This document shows, in pieces, positions 1 to 10,774 of a DNA stretch of 64,000 bases. The DNA is from Bacillota bacterium (GTDB lineage: Bacteria > Bacillota > Clostridia > Tissierellales > Tissierellaceae): positions 12,418 through 76,417 of the forward strand of contig JAUWAD010000002.1 of the NCBI GenBank assembly GCA_030602225.1, read 5' to 3'. A program made the translations under genes and the position numbers. Position 1 is the first letter of the stretch; each line of letters starts with the position of its first letter. The notes beneath the pieces are model-generated. The model was not told the origin of the DNA. It saw only the letters and a program-made list of their open reading frames with translations, and did not search any database.

Positions 1-612
1 GGAGATTGTTCCCAGATATTGATAGACTTTGTAACTCATATCTCTAAATAATAATGCTTGAATGGCACCAGCCACTGCAGATGATCCTCCCATAATCACC
101 AAACCATATATTATTGCCACTATTCCCGCTCTTAATGTCATATACATAGACTTTGAGATGTCGGGATTATTTTTAGGAAAGGCTGCAAAAATTACAAACA
201 AAACCAATGAGGAATAAATAAGAGCCATGACCCTAAAGACTGATAGGTCTGTTAACCTTAGATACTCGTAAGTGTAATAACTTTGAGTGCTGCTAAACAT
301 ATACAATAGAACAAAGGTTGTAATGCCAATTATTGCTGCAAACACATTTGCCATGATAAAATTACTACTGGAATTTCGTCTACTTCTAACAAAAGCTATT
401 AATGCCATTCCTGATGCTGCAGCTAAAGCCAATGAAAAATGAAGACTATTTAGGAGCAAACTATAACTTTGCTGTAATTCCCAATCCATATGAATTCTAA
501 CTATGGTTACAACAGAAAAAAGCAAGGCACTTATCATTGAAATTGGATAATCACTGAAGGACTTCAGTGCTCCTTTATATACTTTAAGAACTGATTCTTT
601 AATACTAGTCAT
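1..612 (-). CDS. Multi-pass membrane protein, DUF4153-like (5' part; runs off the left edge)
   Basis: Not in the ORF track. Hand translation from ATG at 612 (RBS AGGAGGAGG) is open to position 1: MTSIKESVLKVYKGALKSFSDYPISMISALLFSVVTIVRIH..., with several hydrophobic helices. Family call from recalled similarity. Confidence 0.7.
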   Translation of the reverse strand, partial: MTSIKESVLKVYKGALKSFSDYPISMISALLFSVVTIVRIHMDWELQQSYSLLLNSLHFSLALAAASGMALIAFVRSRRNSSSNFIMANVFAAIIGITTFVLLYMFSSTQSYYTYEYLRLTDLSVFRVMALIYSSLVLFVIFAAFPKNNPDISKSMYMTLRAGIVAIIYGLVIMGGSSAVAGAIQALLFRDMSYKVYQYLGTIS

Positions 613-697
613 ATATTTTCCTCCTCCTGTTATGGGAGTATTATTTTGTTATATATTTACCCGATTATATAAAAATAAATATTACAATTCGGATACG

Positions 698-723
698 AAA
701 AAAAGGCTTTATTTAGCCTTTTT
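698..723 (-). terminator. Intrinsic terminator overlapping the nuclease stop codon
   Basis: AAAAAGGCT-loop-AGCCTTTTTTT on the minus strand. Confidence 0.65.
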
Positions 724-1170
724 ATAATATGCTTCCCTTATCTTATTTTCATATTTCACATTAGGTGGTATGATTAGAACTTCTCCATATCCATCCATAA
801 TAATCTTTGCATTAAACAATTCTTCATCTATAAAAACATAGGCTAATAACCTTCCGTACTTATCCCTTTCCTGTATATCTGTTTCTAACCTTACTTTCTT
901 ATTTAGCAGGTTCTCCTTTGTATAATCTGAAGCCTGCAGTCCTTCGGGAGTATTAAGATCCAAATTAGGATTTACGCTTTCAGGTGAATCCACGCCAATT
1001 AATCTTACTATCTCAAAATTACCATCCAGATCAACTATTATGGTATCACCATCGATTACCCTATCCACTCTATATAGACTTGCAGTATTCTGATTCAGAG
1101 CCATTGCAATTACTATTAGTATGGCAACTAGCACTGCCATCCATGCTGAATTACTAATTAACTTTCTCAT
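709..1170 (-). CDS. Thermonuclease (SNase/micrococcal nuclease family), N-terminal membrane anchor
   Basis: RVIDGDTI, VRLIGVDSPE, DKYGRLLAYVF motifs; hydrophobic N-terminus. Confidence 0.92.
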   Translation of the reverse strand: MRKLISNSAWMAVLVAILIVIAMALNQNTASLYRVDRVIDGDTIIVDLDGNFEIVRLIGVDSPESVNPNLDLNTPEGLQASDYTKENLLNKKVRLETDIQERDKYGRLLAYVFIDEELFNAKIIMDGYGEVLIIPPNVKYENKIREAYYKKAK

Positions 1171-1196
1171 GTCTTAATTCCTCGACTCTAATATTG

Positions 1197-2513
1197 TTAA
1201 AAGTTATAAGATCCATACCAGGTAAAATAAGTGCTGGAATAGCTGAATACATCAATTAATGGATACCATACGTAATAAATTCCTTCGAAATCATCAAAGT
1301 AAATCACCTGTGGTTCAATAAAATTCTCCTCCAAGAAGTCTGGATTCTCTTCATAGCTGGATGAATATATGACCATGATTTCTATATCAGTTAGAGTTTG
1401 TTCTCTGTAGTATAAGCTAAGACTTCTAAGTTCTCTAGCAATATTTACTCTACTGATGGAATCTGATTGGATATACTTCTCGAAACCTTCATCCCCCACA
1501 TATAAATGAATGCTTGTTACAGTTCCATCTGCAGATACAAGGACATCGTAGTAGCTAAATGGTACAACTATACCATTTACATTCATAGATGGATAGTATT
1601 CCCAAAGATGATTAACTAAATCCTCAGCAGACATACCTTCAGGTAACTCAACCATATTGGAATATCCAAATGCTGATACCACATTATCCTTGACTGATGA
1701 CACCTTATACTGAACAATATCGCCTTTTTCATAACCTAGTATTTCAACTGAAAATTCAGGATACCAATCCCATACATTCCTACCATAGGGATCAAGAATA
1801 TCTTCCCAGTTTACTCCATCATAGGATTCATATACTCTATAATAGTCTGAACCATTGTCATCCCATTGAAGATTAACCCTTAACCCACTGACTATGGTTG
1901 CTGTAACATTCTTTGGTGGTAACAAAAGATATTGTTCATAAACCCTTACTATAAGAGCTATGGCTTCCTCTCTGGAGGTATTTCTAAGAGGTCTAAAAGT
2001 ACCATCCTCATACCCCTTAATTATACTGTTATTCCATAGAAACCCAACTTCATTTACAGCCCATGAACTAATAGTACCTTTATCCTTTAGTTCATAAGTT
2101 CCTCTGTCATATACATATCCTGAATCTATTGTTTTTAATAATCTATAGAACATTACTGCAATTTGCTCTCTTGTAATATTTGAATTTGGATCAAAAAATC
2201 CGCCTCCAACACCTTCTACAATACCCAAATAATGAGCTTTTATAACTTCTGGATTACTTGTGTCCCTGAAAGGATTTCCATTGGGTAAAATGGCCTGTCT
2301 TCCAGTTAATCCAGAGTATAATTTTATCACCAGCTCTGCAAATTCCTCCCTTGTTATACTTTGTTGATAATTCATCATAACCTTTGGAGTTAATAAATCA
2401 TAAGTCTTTGCCTTATTAACCTCATTATCTGCCCATTGTGAAGGGCTAGCCATTGATATATTTGGAATAAGCATAATTATCGCTATTAACAGGTACATGG
2501 TAAATTTTTTCAT
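1197..2513 (-). CDS. Secreted S-layer homology (SLH) domain protein with FN3-like domain
   Basis: Signal peptide; SLH motifs ITREEFA, GVGGGFFDPNSNITREQIA, GYEDGTFRPLRNTSREEA; PPKNVTAT...LQWD...YRVY FN3-like segment. Confidence 0.85.
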   Translation of the reverse strand: MKKFTMYLLIAIIMLIPNISMASPSQWADNEVNKAKTYDLLTPKVMMNYQQSITREEFAELVIKLYSGLTGRQAILPNGNPFRDTSNPEVIKAHYLGIVEGVGGGFFDPNSNITREQIAVMFYRLLKTIDSGYVYDRGTYELKDKGTISSWAVNEVGFLWNNSIIKGYEDGTFRPLRNTSREEAIALIVRVYEQYLLLPPKNVTATIVSGLRVNLQWDDNGSDYYRVYESYDGVNWEDILDPYGRNVWDWYPEFSVEILGYEKGDIVQYKVSSVKDNVVSAFGYSNMVELPEGMSAEDLVNHLWEYYPSMNVNGIVVPFSYYDVLVSADGTVTSIHLYVGDEGFEKYIQSDSISRVNIARELRSLSLYYREQTLTDIEIMVIYSSSYEENPDFLEENFIEPQVIYFDDFEGIYYVWYPLIDVFSYSSTYFTWYGSYNF

Positions 2514-2611
2514 ATTGTATTTCCTCCAGAATTTTAGTCTAATACTCTATAGTTCTTGATACCCTTTCTACTGTAAAAAATTCAGAAAAATAAGGGCAGA
2601 TACAATCTACC

Positions 2612-3145
2612 CTATAATTTCATTCCCATTTCCAATCTATACTCCAATTTCTCAACATCCTCATTTGAATACGCTTCAAGATCAAATCCTATAATCCTAA
2701 AGCCCATCTTCTTATAAAACATTATTGCTGGATAATTGCAGCTCTGAGTTTCAAGAACTATGGCTCTGCACCCATGTTGTCTGGCAGCTTCCACCGCCTT
2801 TTCCATCAAGGCTTTTCCTATACCTGTTCTTCTAAACTTATCATATACAAGTATGTTGGTAATTCTCAATCTATTATTCCATTTCTCATGGTTTACTTCT
2901 AAGTACCCCACTTGCTTATCCTTTATGAATGCTCCGAATAAAGTAGGCCTTTCCAGATAATCCTCCAACAATTTATCTGTGAATCTCTTTTCTATAGGAG
3001 TTGTAAAGTGCTTTTTCGTCATTCTGAAATTAATGCTATCTTCATAGTATGTCTTTTGGATATCGTAGTAGAATTCTGATGTGTATTTGTATTCAACTTC
3101 AAAACCTTTATATGATTCGTCCAACTTCTGAATTCTTAAATCCAT
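2612..3145 (-). CDS. GNAT acetyltransferase, streptothricin acetyltransferase (SatA)-like
   Basis: RRTGIGKALM acetyl-CoA motif; WNN...LETQSCNYPAIMFY...GF.IIGFD..AYSN pattern of SatA-like GNATs. Confidence 0.8.
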   Translation of the reverse strand: MDLRIQKLDESYKGFEVEYKYTSEFYYDIQKTYYEDSINFRMTKKHFTTPIEKRFTDKLLEDYLERPTLFGAFIKDKQVGYLEVNHEKWNNRLRITNILVYDKFRRTGIGKALMEKAVEAARQHGCRAIVLETQSCNYPAIMFYKKMGFRIIGFDLEAYSNEDVEKLEYRLEMGMKL

Positions 3146-3169
3146 TTTAACACTACCTTTCTTTATCTT

Positions 3170-4375
3170 TTATGATGGAAAAACTATCTTTTCTTTCTCT
3201 ATAAGACTCCTTGCTATAAATAGCATTATTAAAGTCACTCCTATGGATGTCAAAAGTGAAATTAAAGAAAGTGTAATTGATCCGTCCCCAGATAGAATCT
3301 TATTCATACTGATCAAATTATTGTATATTGGTATATATTGAAATATCCTAGAGGAATCAGATGAACCAAACATATTCATAAATCCACTTATCATAACTAA
3401 CATATATGCAGGTGTTATATAAGCTCCTGCTTCCTTAACTGAATTTGCAATCATTGATAATACAGCAATAACACTTACATACATTCCCACCAATCCTATC
3501 ATGGATATTAAAAATAAACCCAGATCCCCTGAACTCATTGCCAGCTGAGAGAACTCAAAGGACCCTGTAGATGAGAAGATCCTTGCTGAAAATGGTATTG
3601 AAATGAGAACTCCCATAAATGATGAACTCATGGAAATTAATGCCACAACTGACAAACTTAATATCTTTCCTCCAATGATAAGGGCTCTATCGATTGGAGT
3701 TATTAACATGCTTGCCATCGTTCCTCTTTCTTTCTCCCCAGCTATGGAATCTATTCCTATTCCCATGGCACCGGCAAAAATGAAAATTGATACTAATAAT
3801 GGTATCATACTAGCAAATCCACGATCAATTCCTCGATTTTCCTGAGGTATGTTTATTTCACCTGATTCCATTTCGTAAACTTGGATATACGCCTCATCAC
3901 CCAGTCGATTGGCCAGTGTAATATGTCTATAGCTCTCCATCAGGGCATTTATTTTATAATTGGCTTGAATTGAGTAATCATGCTTTGGCGAATACAATCC
4001 CTTTATTATTGGGATATCACCAGATTGAAAATCAACTATCTTTAAATCAAAATCCTCATCAAATTCAATATAATAATCTATTTCACCCTCTAAAAGAGCC
4101 TTTTCTGCTTCTGAAGTGCTCATATTCTGGGTGGATAAGTCTATTGTCTGATCAGATCTTATTATCTCCTGAATAACCAAAGGTACATTGATTCCACTTA
4201 ATCTTGTAATATGGGATTTAATATCTTCTTCTGCTCTTCCTATCATTATACCCATCAAGGAATAAATAATAGCAATACTTATCATAGGCAATAAGAAGCT
4301 TGTAATTACAAGTCTTTTATCCGTGAATACTCTTCTTAATTCCTTTCTTGCAACCAATAAAAGTGATTTAAGCAT
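3170..4375 (-). CDS. natB: ABC-2 permease, NatB-like (Na+ extrusion family)
   Basis: ARKELRRVFTDKR N-terminus; IAGEKERGTMASMLITP...GGKILS motif; overlaps natA. Confidence 0.8.
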   Translation of the reverse strand: MLKSLLLVARKELRRVFTDKRLVITSFLLPMISIAIIYSLMGIMIGRAEEDIKSHITRLSGINVPLVIQEIIRSDQTIDLSTQNMSTSEAEKALLEGEIDYYIEFDEDFDLKIVDFQSGDIPIIKGLYSPKHDYSIQANYKINALMESYRHITLANRLGDEAYIQVYEMESGEINIPQENRGIDRGFASMIPLLVSIFIFAGAMGIGIDSIAGEKERGTMASMLITPIDRALIIGGKILSLSVVALISMSSSFMGVLISIPFSARIFSSTGSFEFSQLAMSSGDLGLFLISMIGLVGMYVSVIAVLSMIANSVKEAGAYITPAYMLVMISGFMNMFGSSDSSRIFQYIPIYNNLISMNKILSGDGSITLSLISLLTSIGVTLIMLFIARSLIEKEKIVFPS

Positions 4376-5150
4376 CTAATTCACCTCGATTTCCTTGGTG
4401 ATAAAGTTTGAAAAATGCATCTTCCAGATTTTTCTCTTTGACCATATACAGAATTTCATCTAATGTTCCAATAGCTTTTATTTTGCCATCCATTATTATC
4501 CCAATTCTATCACAGAGTTTTTCTGCAACATGCATCATATGTGTTGATAGAATGATAGTCTTTCCCTGTGCCTTTAACTCTAAAAGATAATCAGTCACAG
4601 CTTTTGCAGTTATAATATCCAATCCATTGGTTGGTTCATCGAATATTATCACTCCTGGATCGTGGATTAAGCTAACAACTATTGACAGTTTCTGCTTCAT
4701 TCCGGTTGATAAATCACCTATTTTAGTATATCGAAATGGGGTAACCCCAAAATAATCAAATAAATACTCCATCCTCGTTTCTATCTTATTATTATCCATA
4801 TTATGGAGCTTCCCAAAAAATCTAGTGGTATAGTCAGGGGTGAAATGGGTATCCAGCTTTAACTCACTGGTAAGAAAGGCTAATTGACTTCTTACCTCCA
4901 AGGGATCCTTTACACAATCATGACCATTAACACTGATAGTACCTCCACTAGGTACAATAAGTGTTGACATGCATCTTAGGGTAGTAGTCTTTCCAGCACC
5001 ATTTGGTCCAAGAAGTCCAAAAATCTCATTGTCGTATACAATGAAATCTATACCATCCACTGCAACTTTATATTTCTCTTCAGTATTATTTACCTTCATT
5101 TGCTTTCTCGATAACTGGAATACTTTTCTCAATCCCTTAACTTCAATCAT
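4368..5150 (-). CDS. natA: ABC ATP-binding protein, NatA-like
   Basis: GPNGAGKTT, LSTGMKQK, IIFDEPTNGLD, STH motifs. Confidence 0.85.
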   Translation of the reverse strand: MIEVKGLRKVFQLSRKQMKVNNTEEKYKVAVDGIDFIVYDNEIFGLLGPNGAGKTTTLRCMSTLIVPSGGTISVNGHDCVKDPLEVRSQLAFLTSELKLDTHFTPDYTTRFFGKLHNMDNNKIETRMEYLFDYFGVTPFRYTKIGDLSTGMKQKLSIVVSLIHDPGVIIFDEPTNGLDIITAKAVTDYLLELKAQGKTIILSTHMMHVAEKLCDRIGIIMDGKIKAIGTLDEILYMVKEKNLEDAFFKLYHQGNRGELDA

Positions 5151-5260
5151 TACCTTCCTCCGTTAAAATGGCTTAATATTCAATATTATTTTAACATAAC
5201 AACTGCATGATTAACTACTCAAAAAATAAAAAAGCTGGGCATTCACCCAGCAAATTCTAT

Positions 5261-5719
5261 TTAAATTTGAATACCATCCTCTTTAGCAAGATTATCAAGC
5301 TTGGATCCAATTCCTATTCCCACTATTGTACCCAGTAAAGCTCCCAATAATGGATAATCAAGTACCAGGAATCCTAAGATGCCTCCAACGAATACTCCAC
5401 CAATGGCAAGTATTGTCATATACTTACCCTTTTTAACGAAGTTATGCTCTTTGGAAAGTACTGTAACAAGGTCATTTCTAACCTTCTTTAGGGATCTAAT
5501 CTGTTCGTTCTTTACTCCTCCATCAGCTTCCTTAAGTTCCTTGATTAAGTTACCCATCTGAAGTAAATAATCATCATACTCAGGTGCGTCAATATTTAAG
5601 TTTTGTGTCCTTGCCACAATATTTGCATAAACTTCAAGTTGTAGCTTTTTTCTAGTATTATAGTCTAGTTTTCTCCTCAGTTCGTTTAGATCTCCAATGA
5701 TTTCATGATGAATACTCAT
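5261..5719 (-). CDS. Hypothetical protein with C-terminal glycine-rich TM hairpin
   Basis: Good RBS (AGAGGAGG); helical N-terminus plus two Gly-rich TM segments. Confidence 0.6.
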   Translation of the reverse strand: MSIHHEIIGDLNELRRKLDYNTRKKLQLEVYANIVARTQNLNIDAPEYDDYLLQMGNLIKELKEADGGVKNEQIRSLKKVRNDLVTVLSKEHNFVKKGKYMTILAIGGVFVGGILGFLVLDYPLLGALLGTIVGIGIGSKLDNLAKEDGIQI

Positions 5720-6037
5720 ATACTTTCCTCCTTTGCCAGATTTTATATTTTAATGATAAATGTTCAATTTAGAAATTTCAGACTTATTAATATTATACCA
5801 CGAATACATATAAAATCATCAATTTATTGGCAAAAACTAAGTTTATTTTTTATCATATATTGTTAAATAATGTGTAATTATCAATGTTTATTCATTCCCT
5901 ATTTTCGGGGATTCACACTAATCAACGTTTAGGAAAATTAAAAAATAACAGAACATTTTTTGTCTTATTTTAAGTGGATATTGATAATTTATGGACATTG
6001 TTAATGGTTTATTACAAAAAGTTAACAATTGCAATTT

Positions 6038-6065
6038 AAAAAAAGATGGGTTCTCCATCTTTTTT
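6038..6065 (-). terminator. Intrinsic terminator after phosphotransferase gene
   Basis: AAAAAAAGATGG-GTTCT-CCATCTTTTTT. Confidence 0.7.
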
Positions 6066-6074
6066 ATCCAAGTA

Positions 6075-6854
6075 CTATAATATTTTCAGCAATTTCTTTA
6101 TCTCACCCTCAGGTAATCTTTCATTTGTTCTTGCTGCGGCCACAACTTTTATCCATTTATCAAGCTGTTTTATATCTATAGGATTAACTTCTGCGTAGCT
6201 CTTTAGGTAATCTCTGATTAGCTTTTCCTTGAAAATCCTTATAAAGATTCTGAAAACCGGATTCTGAAACGGCACTGCCGAATATCTGAGTATTATTATG
6301 GTTCTTGCAACATCTGCCAATGGGTTTCCTTTTCCTGATGTCATCCAGTCTATTACAAATGTGTTAGAGTTGTCATAAAATACATTATCTGGATGAAAGT
6401 CCATATGTAATAATCTATTGTCATCTGGCATTTTATGAAGCATCTTAAGGAGCTCACTTTTCTTTTCTTCTGTGATTCTATTGGACTTACTTATTGACCT
6501 TTCTATGGCATCTTTTACACTATCTAGATTATCACAGCTATTCTCATGAATTCTAACTTGAGTCTTCGCAAGTAAATCTGCTATTTTCTTTACTCCCAAT
6601 GACCTATTAAGTAGAACTGAAGTAAGAGATATTCCCTTTATGTTTTCGTAGATAATTCCATCCCTATCTTCGTATTTTATCATTTCTATGGGACTTGGAC
6701 ATATGTTGGCATTTCCACATATGCTCAAAGTATTATTATACTCCTTTAGAACAGCATCATAGGGGATAAAATCATAAAAAAGCTTAAGGACATAGTTATC
6801 ACTCCACCTATAAACTTCAGCAGTTCTACCTCTTGCAATGAATTTACCAATCAT
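6075..6854 (-). CDS. Aminoglycoside phosphotransferase (APH/choline kinase) family protein
   Basis: GRTAEVY, VLK, HMDFHPDNV (Brenner motif), IDW. Confidence 0.85.
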   Translation of the reverse strand: MIGKFIARGRTAEVYRWSDNYVLKLFYDFIPYDAVLKEYNNTLSICGNANICPSPIEMIKYEDRDGIIYENIKGISLTSVLLNRSLGVKKIADLLAKTQVRIHENSCDNLDSVKDAIERSISKSNRITEEKKSELLKMLHKMPDDNRLLHMDFHPDNVFYDNSNTFVIDWMTSGKGNPLADVARTIIILRYSAVPFQNPVFRIFIRIFKEKLIRDYLKSYAEVNPIDIKQLDKWIKVVAAARTNERLPEGEIKKLLKIL

Positions 6855-6876
6855 ATAACACCTCTACATTATTTTA

Positions 6877-8016
6877 TTAGTATTTTGGTGTATCCAGGTT
6901 CTTATGTTTTACCTTCTTCTTTTGATACATATTGTAATCCGCCCTAGATAATAGATCTGAAAGATTTTTAGCATCTGTTGGATAATGGGAACTTCCAGCA
7001 CTTAATCCCAAAAACTTTATTCCCATACCCTTATTCACGTAGCTTATACTTTCCAGTCCAAGCTCTTCATTTTCTAATTTTTCTCCATCAACAATTATTA
7101 CGAATTCATCTCCAGATATTCTGTAAAAATTAGTTCTATAAAATCTCTTGAGCATTTCCTTACAGAAATTAATAAGATATTCATCTCCTTTGGCATGTCC
7201 AAAAACATCATTAACATATTTGAAGTTATCCAGATCCAGAAATACCAGGTTAAATGGAATCCCCACTAGAATCTTACTATTGATATCATCCATAAGAGCA
7301 GCTCTATTTTTTAAACCGGTCAGGGTATCAGTTCTTGATTTTTTAAGAAATACCTCTGCAGATTCATTTACCCTGGAAAATAGAAATGCCAGATTATATG
7401 ATAGAAGTGTTATGGAGGTTATGACAAAAATTATAACAAATCCAGTAATGGGGCTTATACCTTCAATAAAGGTATAGTTAGATATGGCTATTAAGGCTAA
7501 AAGAGAAAAGCTAAGAAACAACATATAATCTATTATTTTCTCATTGGAATTCCAAAGTGTATAAATGAACTGATTTTTAAGTATTCTATATGTAAATCTT
7601 ATTGTTAAAATATGTAGTAGGGTTTGACTTATTAGGATAATCAACTGGAGATTCTCTTCTCCAAAAAGATGACCAATTCTTACAGAAAGGGCAAATACTA
7701 GATATGTATAGATCCAAGCTGATAGAAAAATCGTCAAGGTGATTTTTATTGGTTGCTTAAGAGTTATCAGCATCGGAACTACATAAGATGCAACTATTAT
7801 GAGGAAGATTCCATTTCCTTCAAAACAATCAAGCTCATATAGTTTGTGAAAACTATTATGAACCAAATAGAACAAAAGGACAGAGTATACTATCAAAATA
7901 AGCATATTTACTGTCCTTGAATATCTAATTTTAGAAAACTTAAAACTAATGAATAGATTAACTGCTACCATCTGTAAGATTACTAGAGCTACATAGATAT
8001 ATAACACTATTGTCAC
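6877..8016 (-). CDS. Membrane-bound GGDEF diguanylate cyclase
   Basis: About 6-7 TM helices, then DTLTGLKNR, DLDNFKYVNDVFGHAKGD, RISGDEF. Confidence 0.88.
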   Translation of the reverse strand: MTIVLYIYVALVILQMVAVNLFISFKFSKIRYSRTVNMLILIVYSVLLFYLVHNSFHKLYELDCFEGNGIFLIIVASYVVPMLITLKQPIKITLTIFLSAWIYTYLVFALSVRIGHLFGEENLQLIILISQTLLHILTIRFTYRILKNQFIYTLWNSNEKIIDYMLFLSFSLLALIAISNYTFIEGISPITGFVIIFVITSITLLSYNLAFLFSRVNESAEVFLKKSRTDTLTGLKNRAALMDDINSKILVGIPFNLVFLDLDNFKYVNDVFGHAKGDEYLINFCKEMLKRFYRTNFYRISGDEFVIIVDGEKLENEELGLESISYVNKGMGIKFLGLSAGSSHYPTDAKNLSDLLSRADYNMYQKKKVKHKNLDTPKY

Positions 8017-8069
8017 GTCCTTTAAAAGGGCTATATTCCATAATATTATTGTACTCTATTAGTCGTTAA

Positions 8070-9035
8070 TTATAAATAGTTTTTTCCAGAATTATCTGAT
8101 GATTGTAAAATTATTTCCCTAAGTTCTTCCAAGTACTGGTATACTATTGATATTTCCTTTAGTTTGTCTCTCTTTGTACTTAATATTTCTAAACTCATTG
8201 AATAATTATCAATATTTTCAATAATACTACTTGCTTTACTTTCCTCCATTTGACTTTCTTTAAACTCCTTGGTTAATGAAAGAAGTTTATCTACTTGACA
8301 ATTATTCAAACTTATTCTTTGAGAAAGCTTATAAAGATAAGACAATGACTGAATAATTTTCCTTTCCCTTTCCAAATCCAGGATGTAACTACTTAAGTTA
8401 AATATGGTATACTCATTTTTGTCAAATTCAAGCCTTTCCAAGCTATTACTAATTCTTAGCTCAATTTCATCAATTACCATTTGACCACTTGTTTGTATTT
8501 CTTCTCCTTCTAGGGTTCTATATATTATGTCTATAAGCTGAAGTTTCGAACTTTTTATTCTTCTAATATCTTCTCTTATGCTCTTTTCTAATCCAGGCAT
8601 GTATATGTTTAATACAAGTGCAATTCCTGCTCCTATGATCATCTGTGCCATTTCATTACTTAAGCTTGCAAAGGATACATCCTTTGCCCCCAGCAAATGA
8701 CTAACCAATACTGAGGCAGGTACTATACCATCATTTAATCTAAACCTTGCTGCGAAAGGAATGAACAATAGTAAGTATATCCCAAATGCCAAAGCACTAA
8801 AACCAAATACACTGAAAACTATTGCTCCAATTATCAATGCAAAAAAAGTTGCGCTGATCCTAATCGCTGCCAATTGAAAGGATTTTTTTCTAGTATTCTG
8901 TAAACTCAGTATCACTACAATCCCTGCATTTATCCCGTAGTTTAAGTTAAGAAGTTGAGCTATAAAAACTGCTAATGCAGCTCCAATAGCAGTCTTTATG
9001 GTTCTTAAGCCAATTAATTTCTTTAATTTTCGCAA
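8070..9035 (-). CDS. Aromatic acid exporter family (DUF939/YgaE-like)
   Basis: IGLRTIKTAIGAALAVFIAQ...AGIVVILSLQNT motif. Confidence 0.8.
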   Translation of the reverse strand: MRKLKKLIGLRTIKTAIGAALAVFIAQLLNLNYGINAGIVVILSLQNTRKKSFQLAAIRISATFFALIIGAIVFSVFGFSALAFGIYLLLFIPFAARFRLNDGIVPASVLVSHLLGAKDVSFASLSNEMAQMIIGAGIALVLNIYMPGLEKSIREDIRRIKSSKLQLIDIIYRTLEGEEIQTSGQMVIDEIELRISNSLERLEFDKNEYTIFNLSSYILDLERERKIIQSLSYLYKLSQRISLNNCQVDKLLSLTKEFKESQMEESKASSIIENIDNYSMSLEILSTKRDKLKEISIVYQYLEELREIILQSSDNSGKNYL

Positions 9036-9060
9036 TCAACACATCTCCATTTTCTGGTAA

Positions 9061-9966
9061 TTATATGGTTTTTCTTCCACTTCGTTTTATTATTGTCTCC
9101 CCCTGGGATAACAACATACCAAGCAGCATTAGAAATGCTCCAAAATAACCCCTAATGCCCATTGACTCCCCTAACAATATTATCCCTCCAATGGCAGCAA
9201 ATACAGCCTCCATTGATAAAGCAATTGCAGCATGGGATGGTTTTGCATCCTTCTGAGCAACCACCTGCAAGGTATAGGCAATTCCCACTGACATCAGTCC
9301 TCCATATAGTATTGGTACTGCTGCTGAAACTATACCTTGGATCTCAATGGTTTCAGTAAAAAGTGCAGCTACTAGACTTAGTATGGAACACATGGCAAAC
9401 TGCACAGAGGATAATTTGATTGGATTTGCATCCTTGACAAAATATCCAATTACAATTATGTGTGAAGCCCAGAAAAAAGCACCTATAAGTTGTAGTAGAT
9501 CCCCAAACTGAATGGTAAAATCACTGGTAATACTTAAGAAATATAATCCTACTGCTGCAACAATAGCTCCAGACCAAATATAAATATTAGATCTTTGTCT
9601 TAGAAACAATCCCAATATTGGCACGATTACTATGTATAGGCTGGTTATGAATCCAGCATTTCCAGCAGTTGTATATTTAAGACCAATCTGCTGAAGAGTT
9701 GCACCAGTGAATAAAACAGACCCTGCTATCATCCCGTAAACAATTAGTCGTTTTCTGCTTATTTTATCTTGTTCTCTATTTTTCTTCCCATTCCCTAAAA
9801 AGTATATTACTGGTATAAGTGAAATGCTTCCCAATGCAAATCTTATGGCATTAAATGTAAAAGGTCCTAGATAATCCATGCCGATTCTTTGAGCAACAAA
9901 AGCAAATCCCCAAATGGCTGCTGTAAGTAGCAGTAATATACTAGATCTTAGTTCTTTGTTTTTCAT
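9061..9966 (-). CDS. DMT/EamA family transporter
   Basis: LLLLTAAIWGFAFVAQR; 10 TM duplicated EamA architecture. Confidence 0.9.
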   Translation of the reverse strand: MKNKELRSSILLLLTAAIWGFAFVAQRIGMDYLGPFTFNAIRFALGSISLIPVIYFLGNGKKNREQDKISRKRLIVYGMIAGSVLFTGATLQQIGLKYTTAGNAGFITSLYIVIVPILGLFLRQRSNIYIWSGAIVAAVGLYFLSITSDFTIQFGDLLQLIGAFFWASHIIVIGYFVKDANPIKLSSVQFAMCSILSLVAALFTETIEIQGIVSAAVPILYGGLMSVGIAYTLQVVAQKDAKPSHAAIALSMEAVFAAIGGIILLGESMGIRGYFGAFLMLLGMLLSQGETIIKRSGRKTI

Positions 9967-9991
9967 GTCTCCTCCAAATTATAGTATCCTA

Positions 9992-10312
9992 TTATTTTTT
10001 CCTAAAAACGTATATTCCAAGAATCTGACCTATTAGTGACACCCCAGTGTAAATCAAAACATAAATAAAAGCTGAAGAGTTGTAGTAGATAAATATTGAT
10101 GGAATAAATAATAACCCCACAAGCAAGCTCAATATTGGGTTAAATCCTTTGTTTGCACCATATACGATTGATACCAACAATACAACAAATGGTACTCCGT
10201 ATAATAATATTAAAATAAAACTACCAGTATCCTTGCCATATAATGGGATTAAATACATCGCAGCAAGTATAATTCCTAAATATGGTACCATCTTAATCAA
10301 TTTTTCTTTCAT
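9992..10312 (-). CDS. Small 4-TM membrane protein (DUF2651-like)
   Basis: DTGSFILILL...FIPSIFIYYNSSA pattern; RBS GGAGGAG. Confidence 0.6.
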   Translation of the reverse strand: MKEKLIKMVPYLGIILAAMYLIPLYGKDTGSFILILLYGVPFVVLLVSIVYGANKGFNPILSLLVGLLFIPSIFIYYNSSAFIYVLIYTGVSLIGQILGIYVFRKK

Positions 10313-10355
10313 TTTCTCCTCCGATTTTTTCGAGTTTTACATGGTATCAAATTGA

Positions 10356-10628
10356 CTAATACCAGTATTTTGATGATTTTCTGGATCTCTTTGAGATAAT
10401 CCCAATTGTTATTAATGCAATCCCAGCTAATATAAAGGCTCCATAAAAGATATATTGGAAAGTGCCACCAGTTATTGCATTAAATGGATATGGTCCACTA
10501 ACTATCCATATGTACCTATAGTAATTTCCGTGTATAAACCAATAAATTAAAATAGGACAAAAAATAAGAATAAATCCAAGACCCATAATCAAATCTGTTA
10601 TAAAATCATTGAATGAATAATTACTCAA
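10356..10628 (-). CDS. Hypothetical 2-TM membrane protein
   Basis: TTG start with RBS AAGGAG; two hydrophobic helices and a basic C-terminus. Confidence 0.55.
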   Translation of the reverse strand: MSNYSFNDFITDLIMGLGFILIFCPILIYWFIHGNYYRYIWIVSGPYPFNAITGGTFQYIFYGAFILAGIALITIGIISKRSRKSSKYWY

Positions 10629-10774
10629 GATATCAGCTCCTTCCTTAATATAATTATGTCTTAATAATTAGCTTTTTTCAAGGTATTCAAGGATAATAAA
10701 TTTATTGAGACTTCGTCACAATAATCTGGTAAAATATAAATATCTTTAGAATCTATCTTGAAGGAGAGTTTCAT

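Noticed and set aside
5720-6037. Long AT-rich intergenic region as a possible ncRNA, oriC or CRISPR leader
   Set aside because: No DnaA-box cluster, repeats or stable structure seen beyond promoter-like tracts
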